Shown here piece by piece: positions 8,997 to 15,449 of a DNA stretch of 15,449 bases. The number at the start of each line of letters is the position of its first letter. Position 1 is the stretch's first letter. The DNA lies in the UHGV virus genome UHGV-1643955; one strand, given 5' to 3'. The translations under genes and the position numbers were made by a program. The notes under the pieces were generated by a model that saw nothing but the letters and a program-made list of their open reading frames with translations, was not told where the DNA came from and did not search any database. The DNA is from a virus.

Positions 8997-9441
8997 GTTT
9001 AAGCGTTTTGAAGACCGGCTGACCGGACTGATTGAATCGCTGTCACCGTCAGGGCGTCGGCGACTGAGTGCCGAACTGGCGAAACGTCTGCGGCAGAGTC
9101 AGCAGCGTCGGGTGATGGCACAGAAAGCCCCGGACGGCACACCCTACGCGCCACGCCAGCAGCAGAGCGCCAGAAAAAAGACTGGTCGTGTTAAGCGAAA
9201 AATGTTTGCGAAACTTATCACCAGTCGTTTTTTGCATATCCGCGCCAGCCCGGAGCAGGCATCAATGGAGTTTTACGGCGGGAAGTCACCGAAAATCGCC
9301 AGTGTGCATCAGTTCGGTCTGTCGGAAGAAACCCGGAAAGACGGTAAGAAAATTGATTATCCGGCGCGTCCTCTGCTCGGCTTTACCGGTGAGGATGTGC
9401 AGATGATTGAAGAGATTATCCTGGCTCACCTCGACCGTTAG
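8989..9441 (+). CDS. S: Tail completion protein, P2 gpS homolog
   Basis: 150-aa ORF (MNEFKRFEDRLTGLIESLSP...), overlaps the R end by 8 nt. Confidence 0.85.
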   Translation: MNEFKRFEDRLTGLIESLSPSGRRRLSAELAKRLRQSQQRRVMAQKAPDGTPYAPRQQQSARKKTGRVKRKMFAKLITSRFLHIRASPEQASMEFYGGKSPKIASVHQFGLSEETRKDGKKIDYPARPLLGFTGEDVQMIEEIILAHLDR

Positions 9442-9507
9442 TTGTGCCATTCCTGACACCTCATCGTCACATTGCCGCCGGTATGACCCGGCGGCATCCT
9501 TCCCGTT
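9442..9507 (+). promoter_or_regulatory. S-V intergenic region: expected late promoter PV, plus a GC-rich hairpin 12 nt upstream of the V start
   Basis: A TGT...ACA dyad at 9443-9458 (TGTgccattcctgACA) has a 10-nt spacer, not the 12-nt spacing I recall for Ogr sites. A perfect 8-bp GC stem gccgccgg/ccggcggc (9474-9481 and 9488-9495) with loop tatgac follows. No clear Shine-Dalgarno for V. Confidence 0.4.
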
Positions 9508-10143
9508 ATGAACACTCTCGCAAATATTCAGGAACTCGCGCGCGCACTGCGCAACATGATACGCACCGGCCTTGTCGTCGAAACCGACCTTAACGCCGGT
9601 CGCTGCCGTGTGCAGACCGGCGGCATGTGCACTGACTGGCTTCAGTGGCTGACCCATCGTGCCGGACGTTCGCGCACATGGTGGGCACCTTCCGTGGGGG
9701 AACAGGTGCTGATTCTGGCTGTGGGCGGTGAACTCGACACGGCGTTCGTTCTGCCGGGGATTTATTCCGGCGATAACCCCGCGCCGTCTGCGTCGGCGGA
9801 TGCCCTGTATATCCGTTTCCCTGACGGGGCGGTGATTGAGTATGAACCCGAAACCAGTGCACTCACGGTAAGCGGAATTAAAACGGTCAGCGTGACGGCT
9901 TCTGATTCTGTTACTGCCACGGTGCCGGTGGTCATGGTGAAAGCATCAACCCGTGTCACCCTGGACACACCGGAGGTGGTCTGCACCAACAGGCTGATTA
10001 CCGGCACGCTGGAAGTGCAGAAGGGCGGGACGATGCGCGGCAACATTGAACACACCGGCGGTGAACTCTCATCAAACGGTAAGGTACTGCATACCCACAA
10101 ACACCCAGGAGACAGCGGCGGCACAACCGGGAGTCCTCTATGA
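9508..10143 (+). CDS. V: Baseplate spike / assembly protein, P2 gpV homolog
   Basis: 211-aa ORF (MNTLANIQELARALRNMIRTGLVVETDLNAGRCRV...), same length and position as P2 gpV. Confidence 0.9.
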   Translation: MNTLANIQELARALRNMIRTGLVVETDLNAGRCRVQTGGMCTDWLQWLTHRAGRSRTWWAPSVGEQVLILAVGGELDTAFVLPGIYSGDNPAPSASADALYIRFPDGAVIEYEPETSALTVSGIKTVSVTASDSVTATVPVVMVKASTRVTLDTPEVVCTNRLITGTLEVQKGGTMRGNIEHTGGELSSNGKVLHTHKHPGDSGGTTGSPL

Positions 10144-10487
10144 CAGCACGTTATCTCGGAATGAATCGCAGTGATGGCCTGACTGTCACTGACCTTGAGC
10201 ATATCAGCCAGAGTATCGGCGATATCCTGCGCACACCGGTCGGCTCACGGGTGATGCGTCGTGATTACGGCTCGTTGCTGGCATCAATGATTGACCAGCC
10301 GCAGACCCCGGCGCTTGAGTTGCAGATTAAGGTCGCCTGTTACATGGCGGTGCTGAAATGGGAACCCCGCGTCATCCTGTCATCCGTCACCACTGAGCGC
10401 AGTTTTGACGGGCGAATGACGGTCACGTTAACCGGCCAGCACAACGACACCGGCCAGCCACTTTCGTTAACCATCCCTGTGAGTTGA
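10140..10487 (+). CDS. W: Baseplate wedge protein, P2 gpW homolog (gp25-like)
   Basis: 115-aa ORF; ATGA start/stop overlap with V; GGAG upstream. Confidence 0.9.
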   Translation: MTARYLGMNRSDGLTVTDLEHISQSIGDILRTPVGSRVMRRDYGSLLASMIDQPQTPALELQIKVACYMAVLKWEPRVILSSVTTERSFDGRMTVTLTGQHNDTGQPLSLTIPVS

Positions 10488-10491
10488 AACC

Positions 10492-11400
10492 ATGCCGATT
10501 ATCGACCTGAACCAGCTACCCGCACCGGATGTGGTCGAGGAGCTGGACTTTGAAACCATTCTTGCCGAACGCAAGGCGACACTGATTTCCCTTTACCCGG
10601 AAGACCAGCAGGAGGCGGTCGCCCGTACCCTGACGCTGGAATCCGAACCTCTCGTCAAACTGCTGGAGGAAAATGCTTATCGTGAGCTTATCTGGCGTCA
10701 GCGTGTGAATGAGGCCGCACGGGCGGTGATGCTGGCCTGTGCTGCCGGTAATGACCTTGATGTGATTGGTGCCAATTACAACACCACGCGCCTGATTATC
10801 ACCCCGGCAGATGATTCGACTATCCCGCCGACACCGGCAGTGATGGAATCTGACACTGATTATCGTCTGCGTATTCAGCAGGCGTTTGAAGGTTTAAGCG
10901 TCGCCGGGTCGGTGGGTGCCTATCAGTATCATGGTCGCAGTGCCGACGGGCGTGTCGCGGATATCTCTGTCACCAGCCCGTCTCCTGCCTGTGTCACCAT
11001 CTCTGTGCTGTCACGTGAAAATAACGGCGTCGCATCCGAAGACCTGCTGGCTGTGGTGCGTAACGCCCTTAATGGCGAGGACGTCAGGCCGGTGGCCGAC
11101 CGCGTGACCGTGCAGTCTGCCGCCATCGTTGAATACCAGATAAACGCCACGCTTTACCTTTACCCTGGTCCCGAAAGCGAACCCATCCGCGCTGCCGCTG
11201 TGAAAAAGCTGGAAGCGTATATCACGGCACAGCACCGGCTGGGGCGCGACATCCGTCTGTCTGCCATTTATGCCGCTTTGCATGTGGAAGGTGTGCAGCG
11301 TGTCGAACTGGCTGCACCACTGGCCGACATCGTGCTCAACAGTACGCAGGCGTCTTTCTGTACTGAATACCGCGTCGTGACCGGAGGCTCGGATGAGTGA
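10492..11400 (+). CDS. J: Baseplate assembly protein, P2 gpJ homolog
   Basis: 302-aa ORF, same length and position as P2 gpJ. Confidence 0.9.
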   Translation: MPIIDLNQLPAPDVVEELDFETILAERKATLISLYPEDQQEAVARTLTLESEPLVKLLEENAYRELIWRQRVNEAARAVMLACAAGNDLDVIGANYNTTRLIITPADDSTIPPTPAVMESDTDYRLRIQQAFEGLSVAGSVGAYQYHGRSADGRVADISVTSPSPACVTISVLSRENNGVASEDLLAVVRNALNGEDVRPVADRVTVQSAAIVEYQINATLYLYPGPESEPIRAAAVKKLEAYITAQHRLGRDIRLSAIYAALHVEGVQRVELAAPLADIVLNSTQASFCTEYRVVTGGSDE

Positions 11401-11923
11401 TTCGCGACTGCTGCCGACCGGCTCATCACCGCTTGAGGTCGCCGCCGCAAAAGCCTGTGCGGAAATTGAAAAAACGCCGGTCAGTATTCGTGAGCTGTGG
11501 AACCCGGATACCTGTCCGGCAAATTTGCTGCCGTGGCTGGCGTGGGCGTTTTCGGTCGACAGGTGGGATGAGAAGTGGCCGGAAGCGACAAAACGCGCCG
11601 TTATCCGCGATGCGTATTTCATCCACTGTCATAAAGGCACTATAGGTGCAATCCGGCGTGTGGTGGAGCCGCTCGGCTATCTCATCAACGTGACGGAGTG
11701 GTGGGAAAACAGTGACCCGCCCGGCACCTTCCGGCTTGATATTGGTGTACTGGAAAGTGGCATCACAGAGGCAATGTATCAGGAAATGGAACGGCTGATT
11801 GCTGATGCCAAACCTGCAAGCCGCCACCTTATTGGCCTGAACATTACCCGGGACATTCCCGGCTACCTGTTCGCCGGTGGTGTGGCTTACGACGGCGATG
11901 TAATTACGGTTTACCCCGGATAA
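11393..11923 (+). CDS. I: Baseplate protein, P2 gpI homolog
   Basis: 176-aa ORF, overlaps the J end by 8 nt, GGAGG upstream. Confidence 0.85.
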   Translation: MSDSRLLPTGSSPLEVAAAKACAEIEKTPVSIRELWNPDTCPANLLPWLAWAFSVDRWDEKWPEATKRAVIRDAYFIHCHKGTIGAIRRVVEPLGYLINVTEWWENSDPPGTFRLDIGVLESGITEAMYQEMERLIADAKPASRHLIGLNITRDIPGYLFAGGVAYDGDVITVYPG

Positions 11924-11933
11924 GTGAGGAATA

Positions 11934-14228
11934 ATGAGCACAAAATTCAGAACCGTTATCACCACTGCCGGTGCAGCAAAGCTGGCAGCGGCAACCGCAC
12001 CGGGAGGGCGGAAGGTCAACATTACCACGATGGCCGTCGGGGATGGCGGTGGTAAATTGCCTGTCCCGGATGCCGGACAGACCGGGCTTATCCACGAAGT
12101 CTGGCGACATGCGCTGAACAAAATCAGCCAGGACAAACGAAACAGTAATTATATTATCGCAGAGCTGGTTATTCCGCCGGAGGTGGGCGGTTTCTGGATG
12201 CGTGAGCTTGGCCTGTACGATGATGCGGGAACGTTAATTGCTGTGGCGAACATGGCCGAAAGTTATAAGCCAGCTCTTGCCGAAGGCTCAGGGCGTTCGC
12301 AGACCTGCCGCATGGTCATCATCGTCAGCAGTGTGGCCTCAGTGGAGCTGACCATTGACACCACAACGGTGATGGCGACGCAGGATTACGTTGATGACAA
12401 AATTGCAGAGCATGAACAGTCACGACGTCACCCGGACGCCTCGCTGACCGCAAAAGGTTTTACTCAGTTAAGCAGTGCGACCAACAGCACGTCTGAAACA
12501 CTGGCCGCAACGCCGAAAGCGGTAAAGGCCGCCTATGACCTTGCTAACGGGAAATATACTGCGCAGGATGCCACCACGGCGCGAAAAGGCCTTGTTCAGC
12601 TCAGTAGTGCGACCAACAGCACGTCTGAAACGCTCGCCGCAACGCCGAAAGCGGTAAAGGCCGCCTATGACCTTGCTAACGGGAAATACACTGCACAGGA
12701 CGCCACCACCGCGCGAAAAGGTCTTGTCCAGCTCAGTAGCGCCACCAACAGCGATTCTGAAACGCTTGCGGCAACACCAAAGGCGGTTAAGACAGCGTAT
12801 GACCTTGCTAACGGGAAATACACTGCACAGGATGCCACCACGGCGCGAAAAGGTCTTGTCCAGCTCAGTAGCGCCACCAACAGTGATTCTGAAACCCTCG
12901 CGGCAACGCCAAAAGCGGTGAAGTCTGCCTATGACAATGCTGAAAAACGTCTTCAGAAAGATCAGAACGGTGCGGATATTCCGGGAAAGGATACCTTCAC
13001 GAAAAATATCGGTGCCTGTCGTGCTTATAGCGGCGCTTTGAGCACTGAAGCCGGAAACTGGACAACCGCTCAGTTTATTGAATGGCTGGATTCCCGTGGT
13101 GCATTTAATCATCCGTACTGGATGTGCAAAGGCTCCTGGTCATATGCAAATAACAAAATCATTACGGATACCGGATGTGGTGATATCCACCTGGCTGGTT
13201 GTGTCGTCGAAGTCATGGGAACAAAATCTGCAATCACTATTCGAGTGACCACGCCGACAACATCAAGCGGTGGCGGTACAACCAGCGCGCAATTCACTTA
13301 CATTAATCATGGGGACGGCTACTCCCCCGGCTGGCGTCGTGACTGGAATCGTCAGGGCGACGCAATGACCGGAACGATTAATCAGGATGGCGGAAGCCAG
13401 AATGCCTATATGTCTACGGCCTTATGTTCAGGCACCAGAGGCGGCAAAAAATATCTCAGAAAGTTTCGTGGTGGAGAAGGAGACACTATCTGGCATGAAA
13501 CAGTGCAGGGCGGGGTAATTCGCTGGGCGACAGGAAACTATGACGATCAGGAAGAATTATCACTCAGCTCCGCTTATGGTCTCCGTTCTAGAGGTGGAAT
13601 TACATCACTCAGTACTAATGGTCTGCGCATTGCTTATGGCAATTATGGATTCTTTATCAGGAATGATGGCGGCAGCACATATTTAATGCTGACGGCCTCT
13701 GGCGATAAATTTGGGACATGGAACGGTTTAAGACCGCTGACTATCAATAACGCTAATGGCGGAGTGTCAATGGGGCATGGCCTGCGTGTTACTGGTGATA
13801 TTGCCTCAAGTACCAAAGTACGCGCCGGTAGCGGGAAAAAGTTCACGGTCAGCAGCAGTAATACATCCACGAAGGAAGCCGCATTCAATTTGTGGGGAAA
13901 CTCAAGTCGTCCGGTGGTGGCTGAATTAGGTGATGATGCAGGCTGGCATTTTTACAGTCAGAGAAATACAGATAACAGCATCACTTTTGCTGTTAACGGT
14001 CAGGTATCACCATCTAACTATAGTAATTTTGATTCCCGTTATGTACGCGATATCCGGCTTGGGACTCGAGTTGTCCAGACCATGCAGAAAGGGGTGATGT
14101 ATGAGAAAGCAGGGCACGTAATTACCGGGCTTGGTATTATCGGTGAAGTCGATGGTGATGACCCCGCAGTATTCAGACCAATACAAAAATACATCAATGG
14201 CACATGGTATAACGTCGCACAGGTGTAA
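11934..14228 (+). CDS. H: Tail fibre protein, P2 gpH homolog, with expanded internal repeats and a divergent C-terminal receptor-binding region
   Basis: 764-aa ORF with a conserved P2 H-type N-terminus (MSTKFRTVITTAGAAKLAAATAPGG...), GAGGA upstream. It is longer than the 669 aa I recall for P2 gpH, and about 3.7 tandem 44-aa 'tail fibre repeat' units (...QLSSATNSTSETLAATPKAVKAAYDLANGKYTAQDATTARKG...) account for much of the difference. Confidence 0.9.
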   Translation: MSTKFRTVITTAGAAKLAAATAPGGRKVNITTMAVGDGGGKLPVPDAGQTGLIHEVWRHALNKISQDKRNSNYIIAELVIPPEVGGFWMRELGLYDDAGTLIAVANMAESYKPALAEGSGRSQTCRMVIIVSSVASVELTIDTTTVMATQDYVDDKIAEHEQSRRHPDASLTAKGFTQLSSATNSTSETLAATPKAVKAAYDLANGKYTAQDATTARKGLVQLSSATNSTSETLAATPKAVKAAYDLANGKYTAQDATTARKGLVQLSSATNSDSETLAATPKAVKTAYDLANGKYTAQDATTARKGLVQLSSATNSDSETLAATPKAVKSAYDNAEKRLQKDQNGADIPGKDTFTKNIGACRAYSGALSTEAGNWTTAQFIEWLDSRGAFNHPYWMCKGSWSYANNKIITDTGCGDIHLAGCVVEVMGTKSAITIRVTTPTTSSGGGTTSAQFTYINHGDGYSPGWRRDWNRQGDAMTGTINQDGGSQNAYMSTALCSGTRGGKKYLRKFRGGEGDTIWHETVQGGVIRWATGNYDDQEELSLSSAYGLRSRGGITSLSTNGLRIAYGNYGFFIRNDGGSTYLMLTASGDKFGTWNGLRPLTINNANGGVSMGHGLRVTGDIASSTKVRAGSGKKFTVSSSNTSTKEAAFNLWGNSSRPVVAELGDDAGWHFYSQRNTDNSITFAVNGQVSPSNYSNFDSRYVRDIRLGTRVVQTMQKGVMYEKAGHVITGLGIIGEVDGDDPAVFRPIQKYINGTWYNVAQV
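12452..12936 (+). repeat. Tandem 132-bp (44-codon) direct repeats, about 3.7 copies, inside H
   Basis: The motif aaaagg[tc]...cagct[ct]agtag[tc]gc...acggcgcga recurs at 12452, 12584, 12716 and 12848, an exact 132-bp period; the fourth copy diverges after about 12936. Copies differ at only a few positions. Confidence 0.85.
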
Positions 14229-14231
14229 TTT

Positions 14232-14756
14232 ATGCAACATTTAAAAAATATTACTGCGGGTAATCCAAAAACTGTTGCCCAATATCAACTGACAAAAAAT
14301 TTTGATGTTATCTGGTTATGGTCCGAAGAGGGAAAAAACTGGTATGAGGAAGTAAGTAATTTTCAGGAGGACACGATAAAGATTGTTTACGACGAGAATA
14401 ATATAATTGTCGGCATCACCCGAGATGCTTCAACGCTTAACCCTGAAGGTTTTAGCGTTGTTGAGGTTCCTGATATTACTGCCAACCGACGTGCTGATGA
14501 CTCAGGTAAATGGATGTTTAAGGATGGTGCCGTGATTAAGCGGATTTATACGGCAGACGAACAGCAACAACAGGCAGAATCACAAAAGGCCGCGTTACTT
14601 TCCGAAGCGGAAAGCGTTATTCAGCCACTGGAGCGCGCTGTCAGGCTGAACATGGCAACAGATGAGGAGCGTAGCCGACTGGAAGCATGGGAACGCTACA
14701 GTGTTCTGGTCAGCCGTGTGGATCCTGCAAATCCTGAATGGCCGGAAATGCCGTAA
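14232..14756 (+). CDS. G: Tail fibre assembly chaperone, P2 gpG homolog
   Basis: 174-aa ORF immediately after H (4-nt gap). The C-terminus (...[25 protein letters not shown]) resembles the conserved Tfa C-terminal region. The N-terminal half is AT-rich: I counted 19 G+C in the 60 nt of 14281-14340. Confidence 0.85.
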   Translation: MQHLKNITAGNPKTVAQYQLTKNFDVIWLWSEEGKNWYEEVSNFQEDTIKIVYDENNIIVGITRDASTLNPEGFSVVEVPDITANRRADDSGKWMFKDGAVIKRIYTADEQQQQAESQKAALLSEAESVIQPLERAVRLNMATDEERSRLEAWERYSVLVSRVDPANPEWPEMP

Positions 14757-14781
14757 TAAGTGATATGATCTCTTGTGTTAG

Positions 14782-14868
14782 TTAACATAGCTATAGTACA
14801 GAGTAAGGCCTAATCTGACAGTCCGCTCTGTGCTAGGAGCGGACATTATCAACATCATGCTATGTTAA
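14782..14868. repeat. Nested inverted repeats at the boundary between G and the AT-rich cargo region
   Basis: Outer 10-bp perfect inverted repeat ttaacatagc (14782-14791) and gctatgttaa (14859-14868). Inside it, a perfect 8-bp stem gtccgctc (14821-14828) and gagcggac (14837-14844) with an 8-nt loop. No T-run follows on either strand, so it is not a canonical intrinsic terminator. Confidence 0.5.
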
Positions 14869-15148
14869 TGTATAAAGTGAAGATAAATTGATATAATAAG
14901 GCCACCATGAATATTTCAGAACCTTGTCAAAAGGTTTGCACATACTCTAGTCTTGCAATGTGTAGTTGATAGTTCCACTGAGGAGGTTCTTCGACATTCT
15001 TTATAAAAATGTACATTTTCATCAATAATAAGAGGTAAAAGGGCTTTAATAGTTTTTTGTGGATGTTATTTCTACTCATAAATTTTGAGATAAGTATTGA
15101 GTTGAGATAAAGTTAAACTCGTTAAATTCACCTTTAAAAGGATAAAGC

Positions 15149-15402
15149 ATGGACTGGAAAGATCTTGCATCAACTGCTGTGTATACAGGTATGACTGATG
15201 AAAATGAAAGCATATGGGAACGTGTTGATGGGGTTGACGTTGCCTTCATAGGTGCCTTTCTTACTGCGCACTTGAGCCTTGAAAAGTATATTACTGATTA
15301 TCTTGGATTAAGATATCCTTCGTTAGCTTGGGGTGATGCAAAACTCACATTTTCACAAAAAATAGCTTTAATACAACATGAGCCTGCAAAACCCCCTTAT
15401 GA
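15149..15402 (+). CDS. Partial ORF of unknown function (5' end only), first cargo gene of the G-FI hotspot; truncated by the contig end and adapter
   Basis: ATG at 15149 preceded by AAGGA (about 15138-15142). Open frame MDWKDLASTAVYTGMTDENESIWERVDGVDVAFIGAFLTAHLSLEKYITDYLGLRYPSLAWGDAKLTFSQKIALIQHEPAKPPYD runs straight into the adapter at 15403. AT-rich, unlike the phage backbone. I do not recognise the protein. Confidence 0.45.
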
Positions 15403-15449
15403 CTGTCTCTTATACACATCTGACGCTGCCGACGATATGCAGTGTGTAG
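15403..15449 (+). other. Illumina Nextera adapter read-through (technical artefact, not biological sequence)
   Basis: CTGTCTCTTATACACATCT (reverse complement of the Tn5 mosaic end) + GACGCTGCCGACGA + TATGCAGT (reverse complement of ACTGCATA, which I recall as i5 index N506/S506) + GTGTAG (start of the reverse-complemented P5 sequence GTGTAGATCTCGGTGG...). Confidence 0.9.

Noticed and set aside
12452-12936. Possible CRISPR array or other non-coding repeat array
   Set aside because: The repeats are contiguous with no unique spacers, are a multiple of 3 in length, and are in frame within H, encoding the known tail-fibre repeat motif.
12468-13112. Minus-strand ORFs 12468..13112 and 12665..12880, and plus-strand ORF 12667..12921, with internally repeated peptides
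   Set aside because: They are by-products of the 132-bp tandem repeats inside H, read in other frames; the H frame is continuous and homologous to tail-fibre proteins.
11934-14756. Mu/P1-style invertible tail-fibre segment
   Set aside because: There is a single H C-terminus and a single G in one orientation, no inverted duplicate of the fibre 3' end, and no invertase gene in the window.
14927-15079. 50-aa minus-strand ORF (MSRNNIHKKLLKPFYLLLLMKMYIFIKNVEEPPQWNYQLHIARLEYVQTF) in the AT-rich leader
   Set aside because: No Shine-Dalgarno upstream, and AT-rich DNA readily gives ORFs of this size with hydrophobic runs by chance. A small membrane peptide or toxin cannot be excluded without conservation data.
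14757-15148. tRNA gene or attachment site in the AT-rich region after G
   Set aside because: I see no cloverleaf-compatible sequence. The P2-family att site lies between ogr and int, outside this window, and the region is better explained as the leader of the cargo gene.

Overview
This window is the late (head, lysis, tail) region of a P2-like prophage from an enterobacterial host, in canonical P2 gene order: cos, then Q and P on the minus strand, then O-N-M-L-X-Y-K-lysA-lysB/lysC-R-S-V-W-J-I-H-G on the plus strand. All 20 genes are recognisable from the translated ORFs and their synteny; the homolog lengths I cite are recalled from memory, not checked. Downstream of G (14757 onward) the sequence turns sharply AT-rich. 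This is the position of the P2 Z/fun cargo hotspot between G and FI, and it holds about 390 bp of non-coding leader followed by the first 84 codons of a cargo ORF I cannot identify. The last 47 nt (15403-15449) are an Illumina Nextera adapter read-through, so the contig end is artificial and any cargo system is cut off after its first gene fragment. Other points worth a second look: about 3.7 tandem copies of a 132-bp repeat inside tail-fibre gene H, a low-GC module covering the H C-terminus and G, the prophage cos junction at 73-91, lysC nested inside lysB, and nested inverted repeats just after G. I could not run any searches; all calls rest on reading the sequence and recalled knowledge of P2.
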